From Octopus sinensis (Eukaryota): a stretch of 64,000 nt of DNA. Both the position numbers and the translations under genes were made by a program. The notes under the pieces were generated by a model. That model worked only from the letters and a program-made list of their open reading frames with translations. It had not been told where the DNA came from and did no database searches. The number at the start of each line of letters is the position of its first letter. Within the stretch, counting starts at the first letter, position 1. The stretch lies in the NCBI RefSeq assembly GCF_006345805.1, contig NC_043007.1:39370001-39434000 (forward strand), given 5' to 3'. Positions 13,040-24,445 of the stretch are shown piece after piece.

Positions 13040-13239
13040 ACTTATAAACAAGGGCAAAAGAAAAAAAAATGCCCTTATTTATAAGTTGTTTATAAATTTA
13101 ACCTTCAAAGGTATTTTTTAATATGCTGGCCGTTGATAGAATTTTTTTCGAAAAATTTTATCCTATATCAGATGTAAATAAATAAATAAAAAAATATATA
13201 TATATATTAGTACCGGACCAATTAATCGGCAGGTTTGGA

Positions 13240-13249
13240 ACCGGAAGTG
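13240..13249 (+). promoter_or_regulatory. Consensus ETS site in CpG-containing unique sequence
   Basis: ACCGGAAGTG; further GGAAGT cores near 12761 and 13660; CRE TGACGTCA at 10691-10698. Confidence 0.3.
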
Positions 13250-16025
13250 TGCCGGATATCACAGTTTTCCGAAGACAGTCTACGTAATATACACTTCATA
13301 AAATAAACTATGAAAAGTACAGACCAAATCTGTCTCTAAACAAATTCACGACACGTACTTCTAAAGCAGAGTCTGTTTGATACCTATTAATCCATTTACA
13401 ATTCTTAAAGTATGCTGCACCACATATACAATATAATAATGCTTATAGAATGAAAATTAAACGAAAGAACGTGGTTTTATATAACAGATACAAATTAATA
13501 CACTTCTGTAGCAGAGTATATTGTTATCAATCCACTTAACAGAACAAAACAATTTTTAGCACACCGTACGCAAGTTAACCAATTTCAAAAACAGAGTATG
13601 TCTACTTCATACAAGGTATATTATTGCAAGATATTGCATAATATTCCCGGATTTCTGGAAGGAAGTCGGATAAGAGGTCCAGTACAGAATGCATATAAGA
13701 AAGAGATAATTACGACACACGACAAGAGAATTACGACATGAGTTTGAGTTATCTCCTTTATTGAAGGGCATTGCTCGGTTTACAAGGATTTTATTTTCGC
13801 TATTATTAGAAAGTGATATGTGGGTTTATTATGTGTGTGTATATATATACATATGTTAGGTAGAGTATTTAAGGGGAGGAAATGCTTTAAAAACTTTCAT
13901 AGCTTTATTAAATGTCACCCTCAAGCAATAAACGATTTATAGTAAACTGCTAATGTGTATTTATAATAACGGGTAGAAGTAGGGGAAGCCACGCAATTTG
14001 GAAAGAGAATATGAGCTACTAAATAGTACTTCACTGTATCGACACCCCATAAGCATTAAAAGTTAACATAGATATAGTAGGTATTGATAACAGGCTGTAT
14101 TTATCGATATAAATAATAATAATAATAATAATATATATATTTATATATATATATACCGAAATCTCGATGTATAAGTTCAAATGTGGGATATAAAACGTGA
14201 GGAAGAAATAGCCTTTGAACTCTTATCAATAGAAAGAAAGGAAAAGAAAAACGATATTCTTTGAAGACATGTATTTTTCAAAGGTTTGGCAAAAGGACGA
14301 TCAAGGTTATATTTATTAGTTATTATTATTGTTTGACCTGTAAGTGATAAAATTAAATAGAAGACAAGGGTATATGGGAAAGATAGCGTATAGGTATGGT
14401 AAGACATGGCAAATGTTGATTTAAAACATTAGAATTTTAAGTGACAATAAAGGTAATATGTGTTTATGACATGAAAATGAAAGCGATATAGTAAGTTAAA
14501 GGTTTAATACAGTACTGGGAATGATGTAAGATTTACATCTTCGGATATGTGTTGTTTCTTAATTATGTATTAATGGGGTAAGGTCGGACTAACAGTGACG
14601 ATGTTGATGGTAACACTATAAAAACAAGGACGCAGTTTTTTTTAGTTGAAATATATTTAAAATATTGATATATTGTTCGCCTTTGAAGATAACATTATTT
14701 AAAAGATAACAGTCTAGATGAGCCAAAATCAATTAAAAAATTAATTAGAAACAGAAAAGAACGAAAGCAACAACAAAAAAAAACTAAGTTGAAGTGAAAA
14801 GTTTTATAACTAATTTTATGTAAGTTATTATTATTAGTAACATTATTACTGTAATTGTTATTATTTAGCGAGAATGTGGAGTATCTTGGTGAATATTCTT
14901 CAAATGGGACGGACACCTCGTCAAATGGAAATAGAATACCTGACATAAACAACAGTATTTACTTCGAAAATAAAATGTTCATAGATTTAATATGATACAA
15001 TTAATAATTCCTATCAGTATATGCTTGTTAATTACTAAATGCTAATTATGTAATTATTTAAATAGTTCATATATAGACAGAAGTCGTGTAGGGGTGGGAC
15101 AAAAATATTAAAAAGGACATGTGAGCAAGGTCATGTAAACGCGCGCGCGAGTCTATATCTACATTTATATGTTATATATCTTTCTATATATATATATAAA
15201 GCAAACACTTAAATCTGTCCATTTAGTATAAGCTGTCCTTCCCCTCCGAGTCCGGTTCGCTGTAGGTCAGTTCTGATCGAGCAGACACTTGATTAAAAGC
15301 ACTCCAACCGTAGCCATACGGTTCGAGATACCGTGTTTCAGATACGGCTGTATCTAAAGATAATCTTATCGAAGGTATCCTTCTTTCTTACCCTATTTTT
15401 CAACTTTTATAAAAGCTAGTAGGGTGTATCATTTAAGGGAGATTAGACTACTATTTCTAGCAAAGTCCAGCGACCACGTAGTGAGGTTCGATGTCTCATA
15501 TTTGCTATTATTGTTGTAACGTTAGTCTAGTTGTTATTAGTCTAATGTAGGCCATGGAAAGAGAGAGAGGGAAGAGAGAAAAAAAAATTAAATAAATGAA
15601 TGGTTATTTTGTTAATGTGTCACATGCACACACTTGCCTTTTGTCTTCCAAAGATCTGTGATCGGAAGAATCGCTTAGAAATCTGCGATAACAACCTATT
15701 AGACGAAAGCATGGCTGCCCGATTGTAAGATGTTGACCGGCTGATAGAGTTTACAATCAGACGTTTATATGGTAAGGAAGCTCAAACGAACCAAAAACGA
15801 ATTTAAGGCGCTTAGAAATATATAAAATATGAAAAAAGAAATGAATTTAAAAGATTGTGCAGGACAGACGTAAAAAAATATTTAAACAATTGTAATGAAG
15901 CATACATAGTGTTCATGAATACATGTGTATATATATATATAGACACATATAGATACACAGTTATCCCTCACCATATCGCGATTCACATGTGTATATATAT
16001 ATATATATAGACACATATAGGTACA

Positions 16026-16260
16026 CAGTTATCCCTCACCATATAGCGATTCACCTATCGCGGTTCATCTATCGCGGTTTATTATTTAAGCTTACGTCGA
16101 TTCCTCTGTGGTGTTATTTTGCATTTATAATAAAATAAATATATACAGATTACAAAAATAATTTTAAAATACAGTATAGTACTGCTTCTACTTCGTGGAT
16201 TTTCACCTATTGCGGAGGGTGGGATGGAACGTAACGCCCGCGATAATCGAGGAATTACTG
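16026..16260. mobile_element. pogo/Tigger-type MITE; left end partly duplicated in tandem (15921-16052)
   Basis: CAGTTATCCCTC...ATATAGCG / CGCGATAATCGAGGAATTACTG followed by TA. Confidence 0.75.
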
Positions 16261-17507
16261 TATACATATATGCCATAAATATTAATTAGTTTATTTGTGT
16301 GCTCGTGCGCGCACATTCATACATGTTTAAGCATGACGGTAGAGGTGAGGGTGGGGGTGGATCTCGTCCGACGATGGCTTCAGATTTCCGAGCAGCTGAA
16401 TTACCTGCCCCTGAATTCACGTGTAAGTGGATAAGCATTTCACGGACACGTGTAACCCTTGATGTAATTTCTGGCAGAATCAGAGTGACACAGGTTATTC
16501 TTATTTTTTGGATTGCAAGCATAAGCCACCCAACGGACGTCCATACTCTTTTTATCTGCCCAATTTTGCAACTATATGGTCAAAATGTCATGCAGGGAAA
16601 TCAAACCCAAGACCTAATAGTTGCATAGTGAAATTGTTAACCACTTGGTTACATAGCACCTACATACTCATCCACACCACACACACATACATATTGTTTT
16701 TAAATCTGCTTTTTCATATTGGCATAGGTTGGACAAGACTTTTAGAGGCCATGGTCAATGGACACTTGCCCTTCCCAAAACCAATCCCAAAATATATATA
16801 TATATATGAACTCAACTCTGTCAGGCACGGATGACCATGGGTGCACCTAAAAGGTGCCCCTCTGGGGTACAAGTCTGGGCAGAAAGTCGCCTTACCAGCA
16901 AGTGCACAACCTATGGGAGACCAGCAGTCACTCATGTTTGACATATTTTTATAAGAACTTTTGCAGGTACACTGTATTACCATTTTATTTCTCAAAATTT
17001 TCAGTTCACATAATTTAATTCTTGTTCAACATCTTAACCAAATTAAATAGATGACTCATCTATGTACTTTGATCTTAACATGGGGCCCCTTCAACTGTGG
17101 AGGCCTCCTGTGACTGCAGGGTTTCCAGGCATTTAGTGACGGCCCTGTATATTCACAAACCAAAGGAAGCTAACTCATCGAATCATCAGATCATCATAGT
17201 TACACCAATCGTGGTATTGTATAATGCATATTAATGCAAATGTCTAAGCATAAATTCTTCCACACTAAAATTATATTACATGAAGAAGGCTGCGAAATTT
17301 TCTTGACTTTGGGTAAAAGAAAATACAGGTGGATCAGTTAATTATGATTTTATTCTCGGATTCATGCGTTTATTACAGCTGTCCTTCAGGTTTTCTAAGC
17401 TCTATAAAAGAACTCAGAAGGTTGGGTCTCTAACCAGGTCTTTCACAATACCTTTAAAGCCAGGAACTTTCAACATCTCCTTATATGTATGTATATATAT
17501 ATATGTA

Positions 17508-17707
17508 TATAAAGTTAATCCAAACAAGAAAACACAAAAAAACAGAGCAACGCGAGGACGTGGAACAAATAAAGTATTATTGGGCGCTCAGGAAAGAAGG
17601 GAAGAAGGAGGGTTTAACGTTTCGAGCGGAGCTCTTCGTCGGAAACAAAGGAGAAGGAAAGATCCCGAGAAGGGAAGACAGAGGAAAAAAAATTGCTGGC
17701 GGTGCTC
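17508..17707 (-). mobile_element. (TA)n-flanked short repeat carrying a minimal hammerhead; sister copy at 63258-63447
   Basis: Reverse complement aligns with 63258-63447 over about 150 bp. Confidence 0.75.
17612..17646 (-). ncRNA. Minimal type I hammerhead motif (U4C core variant)
   Basis: GUUU-CCGACGA-A-GAGC(UCC)GCUC-GAAA-CG-UU-AAAC: 4-bp stem I, 4-bp stem II, palindromic AACGUU in place of stem III. Confidence 0.65.
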
Positions 17708-18575
17708 ATATATATATATATTCTTTTATTCTTTTACTTGTTTCAGTCATGTGACTGTGGCCATACTGGAGCACAACCTTTTAGTTGAAGAAATCAACCC
17801 TGGACTTATTTTTTAAGCTTTGTACTTATTCTATTGGTCTATTTTGCTGAACCGCTAAGTTACAAAGACATAAATACACCAACACTTGGGAGGGGGGACA
17901 AACAAAGACACACACATATACATACATACATACTACATACATACATACATACATACATGCACACACACACGTACACACACACATATATGCATAATTGTTA
18001 AAGAGCACAACAAATGTTAAGGCAAGGCAAATGTCTCATTATTATTATTGGAAAAAATTCAAAGTCTTACAGCTGTTTCTGGGATATCCCAGAGTATGGA
18101 ATATTCTGTCATTGGAGACAAATATGGAAAATGAGAAGGGTATAAATTAATGAAATGATAACATAGAGGACAGGAGTAAAGGAATAAGGAGATGAAGAAA
18201 GAGAAGAAAAAAGAAGCATGAAAGTTCACAGTTCACCTTTCTGATCTTGTAGAAATAAGTAGGTGCAATCCTGCCCTAGGAATCGATTACAACACTTACA
18301 TAGTGTACCTAATAGTGTAGATCACCTGTGAACTAAACCCCCCATATTTTGTATACACACACACACATATACGACAGGCTTCTTTCCGTTTCTCTCAACC
18401 AAATCCACTCACAAGGATGTGGTTGGCCCAAGACTATAGTAGAAGACGCTTGCCCAAGATGCCACACAGTGGGACTGAACTGGGAACCATGTGGTTGGGA
18501 AGCAAGCTTCTTACTACACAGCCATGCCTGAAACTTATATATACATGCATTCATATACACATGTGCATGAATATA

Positions 18576-18622
<47 letters not shown>

Positions 18623-18713
18623 GCAGTGAGAGAGAGAGAGAGGTTTGGCAGTGCAAACAGGAAAAATAGAACTCAAAACATGAGTGTGTATATGTGTGTA
18701 TGTGTGTGTATAC

Positions 18714-18787
<74 letters not shown>

Positions 18788-19170
18788 TTATAAATTTATT
18801 AATATTTAACAGAAACAACAGAGTGACACAAGGATCAAGAGTATCATGTGTTAGGACTTATCAAATAAGTGATATATATATATATATATATAAACTGAAC
18901 AACCAAGCTCATTGAATTAGCATTTAAGTGACTGAGTATTCCCAAGACACATCGTACACTCTTAATCCAGTACTCAGGCTGAATCACTGAGACACAGTGT
19001 AAGAAAAAACTGGGCTATAAAATTGCAGTCACAGTTCTCATGGGCTTCCATACATTTTCAGTTAACCCAATTTCTCTCACAAAGTATCAATTGGCCTGAG
19101 GCTATAACAATCACACTTGCCCAGGCTATGCTGCCATAATATTTTTCAAATTGTACAAGTGATGTAAAAT

Positions 19171-19410
19171 TCACAATGAAATTGAAGAGTTTTTTGAAGC
19201 AATCGTAAAGTGCTGCATTGATCTGAAGAGACCGTAGTCTGATGAAGCAATATCTGGACTATAAGGCTGGATGTGGTAGAACTTCCACACTGTCCAGTTC
19301 TTCAATCGTGTTGCTGGTCTTTCTGATGGTATGCGGCTTTGCATCATCTTGTTGAAACAGCACGTTTTTGACAAACAAGTCTTGGGTACTTTTCAACAGT
19401 GAGTCACCAT
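19171..19410 (-). pseudogene. mariner transposase C-terminal fragment
   Basis: LFQQDDAKPHT...EVLPHP and PYSPDIASSDYGLFRSMQHF (DD34D-type motifs). Confidence 0.9.
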
Positions 19411-19598
19411 CAAACATGACATGAACTGAATGAACACACACATACCACAAAAATATATAAAAAAGCTTTATTTTAGCACAGCACACAAACTTTTTCCTCA
19501 ACCTAATATTAATCTATTTTGTAATGGACCACCAGGGTTCTTCATTTCATATAAAATTTTGTTTGGTATGAGGAGATGGCAAAAAGCCACAATATTAA

Positions 19599-19944
19599 CC
19601 CTTTTGATACCAACTTACCTGAGACAATCCCTGGTTGTACGGTGCAAACGTCCTGTTTTAAGGTGATAGACTTTCCATCAAATTTTTATGCAAATTTATG
19701 TTTGAAACACTAGATTAATGATATTTTACTCTTTTACTCTTTTGCTTGTTTCAGTCATTTGACTGTGGCCATGCTGGAGCACCACCTTTAGTCGAGCAAA
19801 TCAACCCCAGGACTTATTCTTTGTAAGCCTAGTACTTATTCTATCAGTCTCTTTTGCTGAACTGCTAAGTTACAGGGATGTAAACACACCAGCATCAGTT
19901 GGCAAGCGATGATGGGCGGGACAGATACACAAACGTATACTCAT

Positions 19945-19981
<37 letters not shown>

Positions 19982-20209
19982 CGATGGGCTTCTTTCAGTT
20001 TCCATCTACCAAATCCACTCACAAGGCTTGGTCAGCCCGAAGCTATAGTAGAAGACACTTGCCCAAGGTGCCACACAATGGGACTGAACCCAGAACCATG
20101 TGGTTCGTAAGCAAGCTACTTACCACACAGCCACTCCTACGCCTATAAATTTTGAAAATTAATTAAAATAAAGGCAGCGTATTTCAATAGAAATATGGTA
20201 ACAAATGAG
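19599..20209. mobile_element. piggyBac-type MITE with a nested family A SINE (about 19725-20145)
   Basis: ttaa-CCCTTTTGATACC ... GGTAACAAATGAG-ttaa. Confidence 0.75.
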
Positions 20210-20249
20210 TTAAGGCGATCTAATTCAAAATTTTCCATCAGCATTTTAT

Positions 20250-20670
20250 TTCTCTTTTATCTCTTTTACTTATTTCAGTCATTTGACTGTGGCCATGCTG
20301 GAGTATCGCCTTTATTCGAGCAAATCGACCCCAGGACTTATTCTTTGTAAGCGTAGTACTTATTCTATCGGTCACTTTTGCCGAACCGCTAAGTTACGGG
20401 GCTGTAAACACACCATCATCGGTTGTCAAGCAATGCTGGGGAGACAAACACAGACACGCAAACATATACACACACATACATATACACACACATACATATA
20501 TATATATATATACATATATACGACGGGCTTCTTTCAGTTTCTGTCTACCAAATCTACTCACAAGGCTTTGGTTGGCCTGAGACTATAGTAGAAGACACTT
20601 GCCCAAGGTGCCACACAGTGGAAATGAACCAGGAACCATCTGGTTGGTAAGCAAGCTACTTACCACGCAT
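20250..20670 (-). mobile_element. Full-length family A SINE
   Basis: Matches 4441-4820. Confidence 0.85.
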
Positions 20671-20671
20671 G

Positions 20672-21223
20672 TTAACCTTTTAATATTCAAACAGGCCATA
20701 TCTAGCCCAAACATTCTACCCGTGCTATATTCAAACTGGCCAGATTGGGCCTCTCACACCATCCGTACAATATCCTTCTAAAAATTAACAGTTACCTCAT
20801 CAAAATATCAAAGCTACAAGATAATGCATGATTAATTGAAAAAACATGCAAATACATATTCATTATATTTGACAGAATTATGCTTCAAACATCAGCTTAA
20901 CCTTTTAGCATTTAAACTGACCATATGCACCCAAAATAGTCTACCTGTCTTATGTTCAAACTGAACAGGTCTGGCTTCTCACACCTACCCAAACAAAAAA
21001 TCATTCTAAAAATATACATTCATATCATAGAAATCCCAAAGTCATGAAATAATACATGATTAAGTGAAAGCAATGTGAATAAATAAAATATATTTGAGAG
21101 AATAATCTGAATGCCAAATTATTAATAATTTCAAAGTTATTTTACTAACTTCTTCATTATTTTCTAAATTAATTGAAGCGAAAGCAGTATATTTCAACAG
21201 AAATATGGTTACAAAAACGTTAA
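20672..21223. mobile_element. piggyBac-type MITE with tandemly repeated left part
   Basis: Two ttaacctttta.. starts (20672, about 20897) with similar downstream sequence; end aaatatggttacaaaaacg-ttaa. Confidence 0.6.
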
Positions 21224-21310
21224 AGATGATACATTTCTATATTTAAGAGATGAGGAATTATGTACATTATTTACATTCGACGGATATTTGTCCTCATCTT
21301 TTTTGTTGTT

Positions 21311-21356
21311 AACACAACAGTTTGGCTGATGTACCCTCCAGCCTTCTTCAGGTGTC
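21311..21356 (-). ncRNA. Degenerate minimal hammerhead (left arm)
   Basis: GACAC-CUGAAGA-A-GGCUG(GAGGGUACAU)CAGCC-AAAC-UGUU-GUGUU; G12 missing. Confidence 0.5.
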
Positions 21357-21411
21357 TTGGGGAAATTTCAAACCTGGGTTCTCATTCCTAAGGTAATTTT
21401 CGATGTTGTTG

Positions 21412-21458
<47 letters not shown>

Positions 21459-21710
21459 GTTATTGTTATTGCTCAGGTCACTGCTTGGAATCGAACTTGG
21501 AATCTTGGAGTTAGTAGCCCGTGCTCTTAACCACTACGCCATATGTTTATGGGCATATGGCATAGTGGTTAAGAGCGCGGGCTACTAAACCCAAGATTCT
21601 GAGTTCAATTCCAAGCAGTGACCTGAACAATAACAATAACAGTAATAATAATAATAATAACATCGAAAAATACCTTAGGAATGAGAACCCAGGTTCGAAA
21701 TTTCCCCCAA

Positions 21711-21756
21711 GACACCTGAAGAAGGCTAGAGGTCATATCAGCTGAAAAGTTGTGTT
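21711..21756 (+). ncRNA. Degenerate minimal hammerhead (right arm)
   Basis: GACAC-CUGAAGA-A-GGCUA...CAGCU-GAAA-AG-UU-GUGUU; stem I GACAC/GUGUU intact, stems II and III mutated. Confidence 0.55.
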
Positions 21757-22069
21757 AACAACAAACAAGATGAGGACAAATATCCATCAAATGTAAATAA
21801 TGTAAATAATGTTAAAGTTGATGCCATGCAAAGGTGGAGAATAGAAAAATAATGGTATCAAATTTTGACACAAGACCAGCAAGTTTGTGTGAGGGAATGT
21901 GTTTATTACATAAACCTCAGTGTTCAACTGGTGCTTATTGTGAAGAACTTGCAGCTTTAATAAAAGCATATTGCTCTACCTTGCGTGCCTGAGTACTATT
22001 TTTTTCCACTCTGTTTTGCATTTATGTGTTTACTTGTGTGTATGTATATATATATATATATATATATAT

Positions 22070-22450
22070 TCTTTTATTCTTTTACTTGTTTCAGTCACTT
22101 GACTGCAGTCTTGTTGGAGCACTGCCTTTAATCAAACAAATGGACCCCCAAGACGTATTCTTTGTAAGCCTAGTACTTATCCCATTGGTCACTTTTGCAG
22201 AACTGCTAAGTTACGGGGATGTAAACACACCAACATCGGTTGTCAAGTGATGGTAGGGGAACAAACACACACACACAAGAACATATATATATATATATAC
22301 AACAGGCTTCTTTCAGTTTCGGCCAACCAGATCCACTCACAAGGCTTTGGTTGACCCGAGGCTATAGAAGAAGATACTTGCCCAAGGTGTCACTCAATGG
22401 GACTGAACCAGAAACCATGTGGTTGGTAAGCAAGCTACTTACCACCCAAC
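22070..22450 (-). mobile_element. Family A SINE
   Basis: Matches 4441-4820. Confidence 0.8.
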
Positions 22451-23047
22451 TGCTAACTATCTATCTATCTATCTATCTATCTACCTACTTATCTATCTGT
22501 CTATATATATATATATATATATAAATACAGACACACAATATATACCATTTAATTCCAAGATTTATTTATGTTTAATAACTGAATGAATTCAATAAAAGCA
22601 TTTACATATGAAACATTATGAAAATTGTACAAACTGAAGCCCTTTTTGTAAACATTCATAATTTGAATGAATAAATAAATTTGAATATCAAGTATTTATG
22701 GAATTTTGGTTTACTGTCGGATGACTTTTGACGAACTCTGTAAATAATTGTCACCAAATATCACTAGGGTGATAGAACTTATATTGCTAGAAATAAGAGT
22801 TAAAATGCTGTAATGCTATAGTTAAAGCATGTAATTGTATACATATGTACTGACAGGTACTGTAACCAAGTGAAAACACCCGTAGAGAATTCTTTACACT
22901 GATCAGCCAGTTTTCGCTAATTCTGTAGCACTTGACTGTCTATATCAATCTTTTGTATACTCATTAGCAATTTGCATAATCATCTATAGATATTTATGAT
23001 GAACAAATATGTACTGACAGAGAATTAAGTCTGCAATTAGTCTAGCT

Positions 23048-23109
23048 GAATGGTCCTGCTGATGAGGCTATGGAATTAGCCGAAACTGACCAGTCAGTAT
23101 AGGGAATTC
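23048..23109 (+). ncRNA. Complete type I hammerhead ribozyme motif
   Basis: Stem I GAAU-GG-UCCUG / UAGGG-A-AUUC; CUGAUGA 23059-65; stem II GGCUA(UGGAAU)UAGCC; GAAA 23082-85; stem III CUGAC/GUCAG; GUA triplet, predicted cleavage after 23099. Confidence 0.85.
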
Positions 23110-23116
23110 TTGACCC

Positions 23117-23452
23117 GTGCTTTCGGGCTATTACAGTCCTGGTGAAAAGGTGTATATGAGGGCATACAAGAATGGAAAGCAGAGTTGGAAAGATAGTGTA
23201 ATTACCAAATGTATAGGCAAAATTATGTATTGTGTAAAAAGCAAAATAGGCATACAAAAGGGACTCAGGAACCAACTGAAAAAGAGATTCATGGAAAGCA
23301 AACCCAAGAAGTCGGAGGAACTGATGGAATGGTTGCATGTTACGTTAGAAGTACCAATGCCACTGCTGGTAATTGAATCCAGGCATACAAGTCAGAGGAA
23401 AAGAAAACATACAGAGTTCCTGAAAATAGATGCTAAGCACAAAAAATATTAA
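23117..23452 (+). pseudogene. Ty3/Gypsy integrase C-terminal fragment
   Basis: YSPGEKVYMRAYKNGKQSWK..VITKCIGKIMY.V......K..RNQLKKR; purine-rich tract and an LTR-like TGTAGG... segment follow (23548 onward). Confidence 0.8.
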
Positions 23453-23850
23453 ATTGTATGAACAAAAGAACTCAAAGAAGGGAGGTAGGGTGAAAAAAAA
23501 TTTATTGCTAAATAAAATGAGACTTTCTAAGAAACACTTAAAAGAGATGTAGGGAATTAGTAATAATGGTACACCCCTTCCATCTGATGAATGGAATAAT
23601 ATAGTCTCTATAAGTAAAGAGAGTATGTAGGAGGTGGTCAGAGATAGTTGTGTCTTTACTGGTTTTACTCAGTATACTGTATACCGAAGTGGGCGTTATA
23701 CCAATCCAGCATTTTAAGGATTATAACAAACACAATGATCCATTATCTGGATATCACAGAAACAGCTGTAAGACACTATTATTTTTATTTCGTTCTTGCT
23801 TATTTCACTTCATTAAACTAATTTAAATGAACTGATAAGCTTGTTCTTTA

Positions 23851-23881
<31 letters not shown>

Positions 23882-24227
23882 GGTGATAAATAAAAATATA
23901 TGCATACATACAAACATATATGTACGTACCTACATCTACATGTATATATAGATGCATATATAAATAATTATACGTGAGTACAGGACATCACAATAAGACG
24001 TAGAAACGGATGCCTTCGAAACATGCCTGACTCCACTAGCGATGGCTGATGACGGGGGTTTTGTCCTTGTGTAGCTCGTCCTGTAATTGTTTTTCGTTTT
24101 CTTGTTTTTCGTTTTTCATTTTCTTGTTTTTTGTTTTTTGGTTTTTTCACCTTATTGTCTGACAGCGTCCCGCATCAGGTTCGTTCCGATTCGTCGTTTC
24201 GGTCCACTTCTTTGTTCCTTTTTTTAT

Positions 24228-24408
24228 GTAAAAAGCACCCACTACACTCACGGAGTGGTTGGCGTTAGGAAGGGCATCCAGCTGTAGAAACATTGCCAGA
24301 TTAGACTGGAGCCTGGTGCAGCCTTCTGGCTTCCCAGAACCCCGGTCGAACCGTCCAACCCATGCTAGCATGGAGAACGGACGTTAAACGACGATGATGA
24401 TGATGATG

Positions 24409-24410
<2 letters not shown>
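24228..24410 (+). mobile_element. Family D RTE-related short element
   Basis: aaaagcacc...ggttggcgttaggaagggcatccagc...ccaacccatgctagcatgg...acggacgttaaacg(atg)n. Further copies at 30700-30870 (-), 31205-31430 (-), 57497-57755 (-) and 61280-61517 (+). Confidence 0.85.

Positions 24411-24445
<35 letters not shown>

Larger units (their letters stand above)
21257..21810. mobile_element. Palindromic head-to-head element: tRNA-like head + (AAT)n + hammerhead-bearing tail in each arm
   Basis: Arms of about 270-290 bp around the 8-nt spacer tttatggg (21546-21553). Confidence 0.9.

Noticed and set aside
14695-14952. Exon/ORF on either strand
   Set aside because: Splice-like signals exist on both strands but no frame gives a recognisable peptide; low complexity.
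17364-17816. 150-aa ORF
   Set aside because: Runs across a MITE fragment, a microsatellite, a short repeat and a SINE tail.
21554-21625. tRNA gene (also the heads at 34130-34200, 47190 and 51685)
   Set aside because: A/B boxes are present but there is no proper acceptor stem, and each continues into a SINE body.
23582-23600. CUGAUGA here and at 19240 and 24047
   Set aside because: No stem II followed by GAAA; 19240 is inside mariner coding sequence.
22805-23733. Paired LTRs around the Gypsy fragment
   Set aside because: The two TG-starting segments (22805, 23548) share no extended similarity and no TSD was found.
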